The position numbers and the translations under genes are program-made. From a candidate division FCPU426 bacterium (GTDB lineage Bacteria; Oederibacteriota; JAAXVQ01; JAUVAV01): a stretch of DNA of 27,722 nt. Below, in pieces: positions 1 through 6,849 of this stretch. Every line of letters begins with the position of its first letter. Position 1 is the first letter of the stretch. The notes beneath the pieces are model-generated. The model was not told the origin of the DNA, did no database searches, and saw only the letters and a program-made list of their open reading frames with translations. Where the stretch lies: the NCBI GenBank assembly GCA_030637655.1, contig DAOWGI010000036.1, positions 1-27,722 on the forward strand, written 5' to 3'.

Positions 1-42
1 GATGAGCATGCGAAGTCTCCTTACCTGTTGATTTGAAACCAT
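1..42 (-). CDS. istA: IS21-family transposase IstA, N-terminal 14 codons (partial)
   Basis: AAGGAGG RBS (48-54), then ATG at 42 giving MVSNQQVRRLRMLI, similar to the MVTDQQVRRL start of IS21 transposases. Only 14 aa are visible. Confidence 0.65.
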   Translation of the reverse strand, partial: MVSNQQVRRLRMLI

Positions 43-140
43 TTACGCCTCCTTTTCTTGACGTAAACAGTTTACTTTTCTTTACGACATTCCGGAAATT
101 CTAATTGTCGTTGACAGGTAATTTTGATTGTCGCTCATCA
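1..140 (-). mobile_element. Left end of an IS21-family-like insertion sequence (continues beyond window start)
   Basis: Minus strand reads TGATGAGCGACAATCAAAATTACC-TGTCAACGACAATTAGAATTTCC: a 5'-TG end with two tandem CGACAATYARAATT repeats, as expected for IS21 ends. It is followed by an RBS and an IstA-like start. Confidence 0.7.
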
Positions 141-1178
141 ATTATTCATCTTCCAGTAACCATCATGCCTTAGTCTTCCTACTACTATGCCGGGAGCTAT
201 TCCCAGTTTGACTGCAAATTGTCGAATTTCATCTTCGGTTAGCTTATTATTATCAACAAATTCCTGATATTCATCCTCTTTAATCAATGTTTCTGCTGCA
301 AAATCATCTGCTTTTTTTTCAAGTTTTTCTGTTCCATCTCGATCAAACGCAATATATGTTTTTCGTTTATCATGAAGAATAAAATGTCCTAATTCATGAA
401 ATAAGCTAAACCAAAAGATGTCAGTCCATTTTCCGCGTATACTTAATAAAAGAATTGCTTTTTTAGATTGGCAAAAAAAAGATGCTCCATGAGCATATGT
501 TTTCCTGAAATGCGGCAGTAAAACAAGTGCAATACCGCATTGTGCCAGGCATTGTTTTAACTTAGGCAAAAACAGCTTAGGAGATTGCCGACTCATTTTT
601 TTTATTTCATTTAATCTTCTCTTGAGACTACTTTTATCAAAGTCATCTGTGCTGACTTCTTTCGCCTTTATCTCCGCCGCCCTTAGCCATGCTGCCAAAG
701 CCAATGGTGATGGAACTCTTGCCTTACTGCATCGAAACGCAGGCTGGTATGAAGCAATTTGTTCAATATTTGTTAAAGAGGCAACTCCAAAATATTTTCT
801 CAATGTTTTTATTTTCTTTCTTATATCAGTTACTTCCGGTATAAATTTATTTTGAACCAAATCTTTTACAGGTAATTCCTGTAACAGCGTTTTTTCTTTA
901 TCCATTTTTTGATTTTCCATTAATTTCGCTTTAATCAACTGGCATTCCGATTCCAACCCTGTCCAGATAGTCGCAGGCACCCCCACTACCATCTCCAATT
1001 GTATGGCAGTTTCAGGCGTAATGGCTTTTGTCCCTTTTATTATTTCATTGATCATCTGGAGCGGCCGACCCATACGTTGGCTAAGTTCGGTTTGACTCAG
1101 ACCAAGTTCCTCCAATACTTCGTGTAAATATTCGCCGGGAGGAATAGGAATATCGGAATGAATATTTTTAGTCATCAT
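138..1178 (-). CDS. higA: HigA-family XRE HTH antitoxin fused to ImmA/IrrE metallopeptidase domain, probably C-terminally clipped by the IS
   Basis: N-terminal PPGEYLHEVLEELGLSQTELSQRMG...AITPETAIQLE (HigA HTH) and FWFSLFHELGH (HExxH). It lies directly downstream of and overlaps higB. Confidence 0.9.
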   Translation of the reverse strand: MMTKNIHSDIPIPPGEYLHEVLEELGLSQTELSQRMGRPLQMINEIIKGTKAITPETAIQLEMVVGVPATIWTGLESECQLIKAKLMENQKMDKEKTLLQELPVKDLVQNKFIPEVTDIRKKIKTLRKYFGVASLTNIEQIASYQPAFRCSKARVPSPLALAAWLRAAEIKAKEVSTDDFDKSSLKRRLNEIKKMSRQSPKLFLPKLKQCLAQCGIALVLLPHFRKTYAHGASFFCQSKKAILLLSIRGKWTDIFWFSLFHELGHFILHDKRKTYIAFDRDGTEKLEKKADDFAAETLIKEDEYQEFVDNNKLTEDEIRQFAVKLGIAPGIVVGRLRHDGYWKMNN

Positions 1179-1470
1179 AATGTTTACTCACCTCTTCTAT
1201 CTGGATAATTTCAAGCTGTTTGCCCTTGTTGGTTATTATTAATCTGTAAAATCCGGTTAACTTTATGGCGTATTGCCCCTTCCGCCGGCCGTGTAATTCA
1301 TGACAACGTAAAGCAGGCAATTTGCATAACTGAGCAATATCTCTCGTCTGTCGTATGGTATTTATTCTTAAAACATATTTACGTGCTACCTGATCCCCCC
1401 ATTTTCTAACCCCTAGTTTGAACTTTTTATAGCATTTTTCCAGATCAGAAGTCCGAAATTGAATGTCCAC
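1168..1470 (-). CDS. higB: HigB (RelE/ParE superfamily) toxin
   Basis: LRCHELHGRRKGQYAIKLTGFYRLI...IEEVSKHY is the plasmid-maintenance-killer pattern. Start re-assigned to GTG at 1470 (GGAG RBS upstream); ATG 1482 is an alternative. Confidence 0.85.
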   Translation of the reverse strand: MDIQFRTSDLEKCYKKFKLGVRKWGDQVARKYVLRINTIRQTRDIAQLCKLPALRCHELHGRRKGQYAIKLTGFYRLIITNKGKQLEIIQIEEVSKHYDD

Positions 1471-1485
1471 TATATTCTCCATTTT

Positions 1486-1566
1486 ATGCACCCAATGGGC
1501 GAATATTATTAAATCATTTTTATTTCCTTTCGTCAACACAAAATATGCACCCATTAGGTGAATATT
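1486..1566 (-). promoter_or_regulatory. higBA promoter with two palindromic operator-like sites
   Basis: TTGACG (1536-1531)-N17-TTTAAT (1513-1508) on the minus strand, flanked by ATGCACCCAATGGGCGAATATT (1486-1507) and ATGCACCCATTAGGTGAATATT (1545-1566). Confidence 0.7.
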
Positions 1567-1960
1567 TTTCAATATATCGATTATAAAGCATCTCCAGGGT
1601 TTCCTGAGGTTGTTCTGTTAAACCATAACCTTCGGGCGAGAATTGAAAAGAACTGTCATCAACCGGTAAAATCCGCGAAGCAAATTCCGTGACATGTTCC
1701 GGTAATTTTTCCAGTGGTAATTCAGAATTCAACCGTTGGCCTTCTTCTTCCAATTTGGCTTGTATATACTTCATCATCCGGCGATAATGGGCGCTGTCAA
1801 CAGTTAAAAACATATTCTTTAAACGCGCACATTTCGGTGAACAAATAGCGCTCAAATAGCGGACTTGGGGGGCATATAATACTACACCTATGTTAATAAA
1901 TTTCCCTGTTACAATATCATGAATATATCTGAGAATCGAAAAGCTATATGCGGTTTTCAT
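1520..1960 (-). pseudogene. DUF3037-domain protein, apparently truncated at the 3' end
   Basis: MKTAYSFSILRYIHDIVTGKFINIGVVL...LEMLYNRYI is a DUF3037 pattern, with a GGAGG RBS before ATG 1960. The frame runs into the higB operator/promoter after ...YIEKY. Confidence 0.7.
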
Positions 1961-2032
1961 ATTAAAATCCTCCGTATACTCCGGTAAAATGGGCGAAAAC
2001 AAACCAGCGCTATTAAGTTGACTAACCATTTG

Positions 2033-3058
2033 TCAGCTACTTTTTTTACTCTTTCTCCCCAACTTTTTTGTTTCATCAATCAAGACGTCAAGAGCATTTC
2101 TTTTTTTATCATAAGCAAATTGTCTTTTTTTAGAATATTTTTCATATTCTTTATTGACCGAGTCTATAGCAAGCTTATGTGATATTCTTCCTGCATTGTT
2201 TAATATTTTTCTTTCATTAAGCCTTAAAAAGCCATCCAGTTTCCTAATCCAATACTTCATATACATTGGAACCCGCCTCATGGCCTGCCCTTCCGCAAAA
2301 ATTAAATATTGCTCCACCAAATTATTCAAAGCCAACAATTCTTTTTCGTTTAAATAATTCTTAGCAATTTCAATATCATCTTTGCGGATTTTTACTCCGC
2401 GCCAGTTAGTTAATCCCATATTGGGCTTCTTGCTGTCTGCTCTTGAGCGAATAATCTCTGCCGCGGTTTGGCCTGTAATTGCCCAGTGCATTTTATTTTG
2501 AACAGTCTTAAAAAAATCAATACTCATTTCAGCCGTGGGATCATAGTCAACGCTGGTGGCATAAATATCCGTTATCTTTTGATAAAACCGTCTTTCCGCG
2601 GTGCGGATATCCTGAATACGCCTGAGTAATTCATCAAAGTAATCAAAGGGCTGATCGGGATTTTTTAATCGCTCATCATCCAGCACAAATCCTTTAACAA
2701 TAAATTCTCTAAGGTGCCGCGTTGCCCACTGTCGGAAATGGGTTGCTATCCTTGATTTGATTCGATAGCCTACGGAAATAATCATATCCAGATTATAAAA
2801 TTCGACTTTGCGTCTGACCTGCCGGCTACCTTCCTTTTGAACTGTCAAGAATTCCTTGACAGTTGCCTGCGGTAGAAGTTCCTGGTCTTCATAAATATTT
2901 ATAATATGGAGGCTTATATTCTGTTTGGTCGTTTGAAACAGTTCTGCCATCAATTGCTGGGATAACCAAACCGTTTCATCCTGAAACCTGACATCAATTC
3001 TGGTTTCGCCTGCTTCCGTCTGATAAATAATAAGCTGTGATTGATTTTTATCTGTCAT
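2033..3058 (-). CDS. Virulence RhuM-family protein (copy 1)
   Basis: ETVWLSQQLMAELFQ, FYNLDMIISVGYRIKS, FRQWAT, GFVLDDERLK, IAKNYL motifs. Start at MTDKNQSQLIIYQ. Confidence 0.9.
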   Translation of the reverse strand: MTDKNQSQLIIYQTEAGETRIDVRFQDETVWLSQQLMAELFQTTKQNISLHIINIYEDQELLPQATVKEFLTVQKEGSRQVRRKVEFYNLDMIISVGYRIKSRIATHFRQWATRHLREFIVKGFVLDDERLKNPDQPFDYFDELLRRIQDIRTAERRFYQKITDIYATSVDYDPTAEMSIDFFKTVQNKMHWAITGQTAAEIIRSRADSKKPNMGLTNWRGVKIRKDDIEIAKNYLNEKELLALNNLVEQYLIFAEGQAMRRVPMYMKYWIRKLDGFLRLNERKILNNAGRISHKLAIDSVNKEYEKYSKKRQFAYDKKRNALDVLIDETKKLGRKSKKSS

Positions 3059-3121
3059 AGTTGCCTTTCCCAGCACATTCTTCCACATCGCTCATTGTTA
3101 TTTCGGGTTTCTTACATATCG

Positions 3122-3236
3122 TATATTCCCCGGCATTATCACCGTTTTGTGATTCGCAGGAAAATATACAAGGCTTTGTTCTGCCCGAGGGCATATCCCT
3201 CAGAAATGTAACCGCTTCTAAATAAGGTATGGTCAT
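3122..3236 (-). pseudogene. HipA-like kinase N-terminal fragment (DUF3037-associated type)
   Basis: MTIPYLEAVTFLRDMPSGRTKPCIFSCE...GEY with GGAGG RBS. Close paralogue of 6690-6804; similarity stops at ~3122. Confidence 0.6.
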
Positions 3237-3268
3237 CTAACCTCCGCAAGCACCGCTCCAGGTCAATT

Positions 3269-3293
3269 GAAACCAGTGGCTGGCACCTGATTC
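3269..3293 (+). repeat. 25-bp island motif copy 1
   Basis: GAAACCAGTGGCTGGCACCTGATTC. Confidence 0.9.
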
Positions 3294-3396
3294 CGCAACC
3301 ACCGTTCGCCAGACCGATTGTACCCGTACTGTCGGCAAATAATCTAATATTTCTCTAATATTAAATCCTTTAATTCAACCAATTCTTGCTCCAATA

Positions 3397-3419
3397 GAAA
3401 CCAGCCTGGCACCTGATTC
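3397..3419 (+). repeat. 25-bp island motif copy 2 (2-nt shorter)
   Basis: GAAACCAG--CCTGGCACCTGATTC. Confidence 0.85.
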
Positions 3420-3447
3420 CCTTTGATAAAAATCTTGTATTTACTCA

Positions 3448-4263
3448 TTACCTCGTATTCCCCTTGTATTGTGGAATAACGACCAACTTATCTAAACGCC
3501 GGTGTATCAATGAAATTAGTGCAAAACTATCCAGGGCATCTTGCTCGTCCATTTGCCAATTCAGTTTGGCTTCATGAGCCAGAGGGTTACGAATAAAACC
3601 ATAAACTCCTTTCAATAGGTTGGCAAACCCTTTATGCTCTGCCTGTTCTGATTTTGTTCTTAACGTATTAATTGCAACCATTGGGTTATCGATTGCAAAG
3701 GCTTGATCAATGATTTTTACACCATCATCCGTAAGACCTGTTTTCTCTCGCAATCGACCCAGCACGCCTTTTGTCGCTTCAAAGACAGCATGAAAATAAT
3801 TTTCCGCCACAAGTTCAGGCAAACAATATTTAAACACTTCGGAATGTGTTCCTCTATTTTGTAATTTCAATTTCAAATTTGACGATTTTTGCAAAGCCTC
3901 TTGTACAGTTTTGGTTTGTGAAACAGCCGTTAGCTTACCTTCACCATTCAGTGATAACCCAGACAACGAAAGAATTTGATTAAGTTGTGCTTTGCGATTC
4001 TCAAATAACTCCATTTCCTGAAGATAACGGGCAGGTGACATTGCGTTTTCCAAAAAGACACCAATTTTATTGCCACATTTATCCGCAACTTGTTGGTCTG
4101 AGAACGCCTGAAAAAGTCTTCGCCATTTTGTCAAAGGCCCAGGGTCAGCAATTTGACACTGGGCAAGCAACCTTCCTATTTCACCTCCTGTAAATCCTCC
4201 CCCTGTATCACCAAGAATTTTGCATACTGCTTCCAATATTTCCGGGGAAAAGCTAGGTATCAT
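3448..4263 (-). CDS. TIGR02391-family protein (AbiJ-like N-terminus, HEPN-like C-terminus)
   Basis: ENYFHAVFEATK, EHKGFANLLKG..RNPLAHE (RxxxxH), DALD..ALISLIHRRLD. Confidence 0.85.
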   Translation of the reverse strand: MIPSFSPEILEAVCKILGDTGGGFTGGEIGRLLAQCQIADPGPLTKWRRLFQAFSDQQVADKCGNKIGVFLENAMSPARYLQEMELFENRKAQLNQILSLSGLSLNGEGKLTAVSQTKTVQEALQKSSNLKLKLQNRGTHSEVFKYCLPELVAENYFHAVFEATKGVLGRLREKTGLTDDGVKIIDQAFAIDNPMVAINTLRTKSEQAEHKGFANLLKGVYGFIRNPLAHEAKLNWQMDEQDALDSFALISLIHRRLDKLVVIPQYKGNTR

Positions 4264-4335
4264 TGTGGCCCTCCATCTACAAACGCTTTACATAATATAG
4301 CCCAGCATTCCAAATTATTCTTTACGATAATATCG

Positions 4336-4360
4336 AGAACCAGTACCTGGCACCTGATTC
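4336..4360 (+). repeat. 25-bp island motif copy 3
   Basis: AGAACCAGTACCTGGCACCTGATTC. Confidence 0.85.
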
Positions 4361-4446
4361 CGTCTTCGGAATTCACATTACCCTTCTAAAATCGGCTTCA
4401 AGATTTCCGAACTTTTTTCAGAAAAGCTGTCATCTATTTGACAATC

Positions 4447-5469
4447 TCATTTTTCATCTTTTCTAACATCACTCTCAATCTGTTTCAGGTCATTCTCCAA
4501 TTCGTTTAAGCTGTTTTCATGGAATGTTTTATTTTGAACCTCTTTATATTTTTTTAACTCTAAATTTGATTTTTCTAAAGCCATTTGGCGGCTTATTTTT
4601 CCGGCATGTGTAAGCAAATCTCTACCATTTAACTTCAAAATGTTATCAAGCTTGCCAATCCAATCATTCATATACATTGGTGTGTGTTGTTGGGCCATAG
4701 TCTCGGCAAAGGCAAGGTATTGCTCTACCAATAATCCAAGGAGTTTTATTTCATTTTCGTTCAAATAGTTTTTAGCAATACTGACTTCGCTTTTTTGGAT
4801 TTTAATATTGTTTTTTTTGTCGTATGATTGCATTCCCAAAAGGGGTAAAGAAGCATCTACTCTGCGAAAAACCAGTTCTGCTGCGGTCTGCCTGCTTATA
4901 GCCCAAAGTAGTTTGTTTTGTACAATCTTAAAAAATTCAATAGTCATCTCATCTTTCGGATCATAATCAATACTGGTTATATATATATCTTTTATCTTCT
5001 GATAGAAAAACCGCTCAGAAAGGCGGATTTCACGGAGTCTTTCTTGTAATTCATTGAAATAGTTCATGGAATTGCCGGTTTTAAACCGTTCATCATTCAG
5101 GGCAAAACCTTTTATGATATAGTCTTTTAAACGCTGTGTTGCCCAGATACGGAATTGCGTAGCCACTTGTGATTTTATTCTATATCCGACCGAGATAATG
5201 GCATCCAGATTATAGAATTTCTGTTTACGGTTTACTGCTCGATCACCCTCTTTTTGAACTATTAAGAAATCCTTACAAGTTGCTTTTTCGTCCAATTCTC
5301 CCTCTTCATAGATATTTTTTAGGTGCATGGTGATATTTTGTGGTTTTACTTGAAAAAGTTCAGCCATCAGCTTTTGAGTAAGCCAAACAGTTTCATTTTC
5401 CAAACGAACATCTATTTTGATGTTACCGCCGGGGGATTTATAGATAATTATTTCGGAATTTTGTTCCAT
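4447..5469 (-). CDS. Virulence RhuM-family protein (copy 2)
   Basis: ETVWLTQKLMAELFQ, FYNLDAIISVGYRIKS, IRLSERFFYQKIKDIY, IAKNYL motifs. Confidence 0.9.
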   Translation of the reverse strand: MEQNSEIIIYKSPGGNIKIDVRLENETVWLTQKLMAELFQVKPQNITMHLKNIYEEGELDEKATCKDFLIVQKEGDRAVNRKQKFYNLDAIISVGYRIKSQVATQFRIWATQRLKDYIIKGFALNDERFKTGNSMNYFNELQERLREIRLSERFFYQKIKDIYITSIDYDPKDEMTIEFFKIVQNKLLWAISRQTAAELVFRRVDASLPLLGMQSYDKKNNIKIQKSEVSIAKNYLNENEIKLLGLLVEQYLAFAETMAQQHTPMYMNDWIGKLDNILKLNGRDLLTHAGKISRQMALEKSNLELKKYKEVQNKTFHENSLNELENDLKQIESDVRKDEK

Positions 5470-5472
5470 AAT

Positions 5473-5577
5473 TTAACTTTCCAATTCTTTTTGGGTGGCA
5501 CTTAAGGTATCAAGCGCCTGTTTTAATTCAGCCGTAGATTCTTTAAATTCAATTTTTGATGATTCCTTCACTTTCAT
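5473..5577 (-). pseudogene. AlbA_2/Schlafen-like domain N-terminal fragment
   Basis: GGAG RBS, then MKVKESSKIEFKESTAELKQALDTLSA (ES..IEFKES...LSA pattern), ending before the expected FAN motif. Confidence 0.6.
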
Positions 5578-5620
5578 AAGCTCCGCTCAATTCGTTTTTT
5601 TAGCTTTCATTCATTGTTTA

Positions 5621-5651
5621 TATATTCCCCGGCACCATCACCGTTTTGTGA
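5621..5651 (-). pseudogene. 31-bp sliver of the HipA-like kinase gene
   Basis: TATATTCCCCGGCACCATCACCGTTTTGTGA matches 3122-3152 at 29/31 positions. Confidence 0.7.
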
Positions 5652-5674
5652 ACCCAATGGCCGGCACAGGCTTT
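5650..5674 (+). repeat. 25-bp island motif copy 4 (degenerate)
   Basis: GAACCCAATGGCCGGCACAGGCTTT. Confidence 0.7.
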
Positions 5675-5691
5675 CTATTAAAATCCTGCTT

Positions 5692-6068
5692 TTAACCAGA
5701 CACTTCCCAGTGCCCCCCTTTTCGAGCTCCTACCCGTTTAAGCCGCCCTGATTGACGGAGTGCTTTAATCTGCTTTTCGACAGCTCTTTCGGTTATTTTT
5801 AATATTTCCGATATTTCCGAAATCGTTGTAGCGATGATATTTTAAATAGTGATAATATTTTTTCAGATGTTTTTCCCGAACTTTTCACTCCTTCGGTATC
5901 TTTAAATCTATTCAGAAACGCCGGGTGAAGAGGAAGCTCAACCGTTAGAAAAGTCCTTTCTTCATCTGTATGAAATACCGGACGTGACGAGCCATTAACT
6001 TTGCATTCACGTATTATCTTTGGAATACCTGTTCCGCGTCCTTCGGTCATTTCCAGTTCTTTAAGAAA
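5692..6068 (-). pseudogene. C-terminal fragment of a RecG-C/HATPase_c_4 + winged-HTH regulator, frameshifted
   Basis: FLKELEMTEGRGTGIPKI..., then after a frameshift near 5830-5840, TTISEISEILKITERAVEKQIKALRQSGRLKRVGARKGGHWEVSG*. The 5' part is missing at motif copy 5. Confidence 0.75.
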
Positions 6069-6089
6069 CCCGTGGCCGGCACCTGATTC
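6065..6089 (+). repeat. 25-bp island motif copy 5
   Basis: GAAACCCGTGGCCGGCACCTGATTC. Confidence 0.9.
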
Positions 6090-6560
6090 GCTCTATAGCC
6101 AACTGATATTAGTAACAGTTCAGTGAACTGCGGTTAAACAAAGGTTGTCATACCCGCATGTAGTAAGCGGGTATCCAGTGACTTTTAAGTCCTTTAAAAT
6201 CAAAACCTCTGGTTCCCCGATTAAAGCATTCGGGGATGACAAACGATAAAAATCACTTCACTGAACTGTTACTGATATTATGACATCAAGGTTGTAATAT
6301 TTGATTTGCTTGGTTTGAGTTTTGCCTTTTATTGCACCATGCCTGGTGGTATGTCGGAAATGCCGACTTACCTCTTTTTCGTTCAGTTCGCCCTCTTTAA
6401 AGATGTTACTAATATGTTCGGTTATGGTTGTTCGCCCTTTTCCGAACAATTCCGCTATCTGCTCCTGCGTAAGCCAAACTGTCTCACCTTGCAAACGGGT
6501 TTGTATGCGGGTTTCATTGTCCGCTGTTTGATAGATTATTATTTCAGAATTTTGTTCCAT
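6090..6560 (-). pseudogene. RhuM-family protein (copy 3), MITE-interrupted and truncated
   Basis: MEQNSEIIIYQ...ETVWLTQ...YYNLDVIISV. The coding sequence resumes as ISVGYR at ~6092-6109 on the far side of the MITE, then meets motif copy 5. Confidence 0.85.
6112..6272. mobile_element. 161-bp MITE with 16-bp perfect terminal inverted repeats and 8-bp target duplication
   Basis: GTAACAGTTCAGTGAA (6112-6127) / TTCACTGAACTGTTAC (6257-6272), flanked by TGATATTA at 6104-6111 and 6273-6280. Contains a double-hairpin TTGTCA...TGACAA repeat. Confidence 0.85.
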
Positions 6561-6582
6561 ATTCAACTCTCCAAAATCGGCT

Positions 6583-6804
6583 TTAATATTTCGGGGATGG
6601 TATATCAATAAAATCAGCTAATAAAGAAGCAATAATTTCCGCTGAAAGACTTTTTACACCACTATCCATCCCGGCTTTCAATTCAACCACATATTCCCCG
6701 GCATCATCCCCGTTTTGCGATTCGCAAGAAAATACCCAAGGCCTTGTTCTGCCGGAGGGCAGGTCTCTCTGAAATAAAACCGCTTCTAAATAAGGTATGG
6801 TCAT
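6583..6804 (-). pseudogene. HipA-like kinase N-terminal fragment (longest copy, ~70 aa)
   Basis: MTIPYLEAVLFQRDLPSGRTRPWVFSCE...EYVVELK...LSAEIIASLLADFIDIPSP is a HipA-like N-lobe pattern, far shorter than a full kinase. Confidence 0.65.
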
Positions 6805-6849
6805 CTAACCTCCGTAAACAGCACTCGCCAGATCGATTGTATCAGGTCC

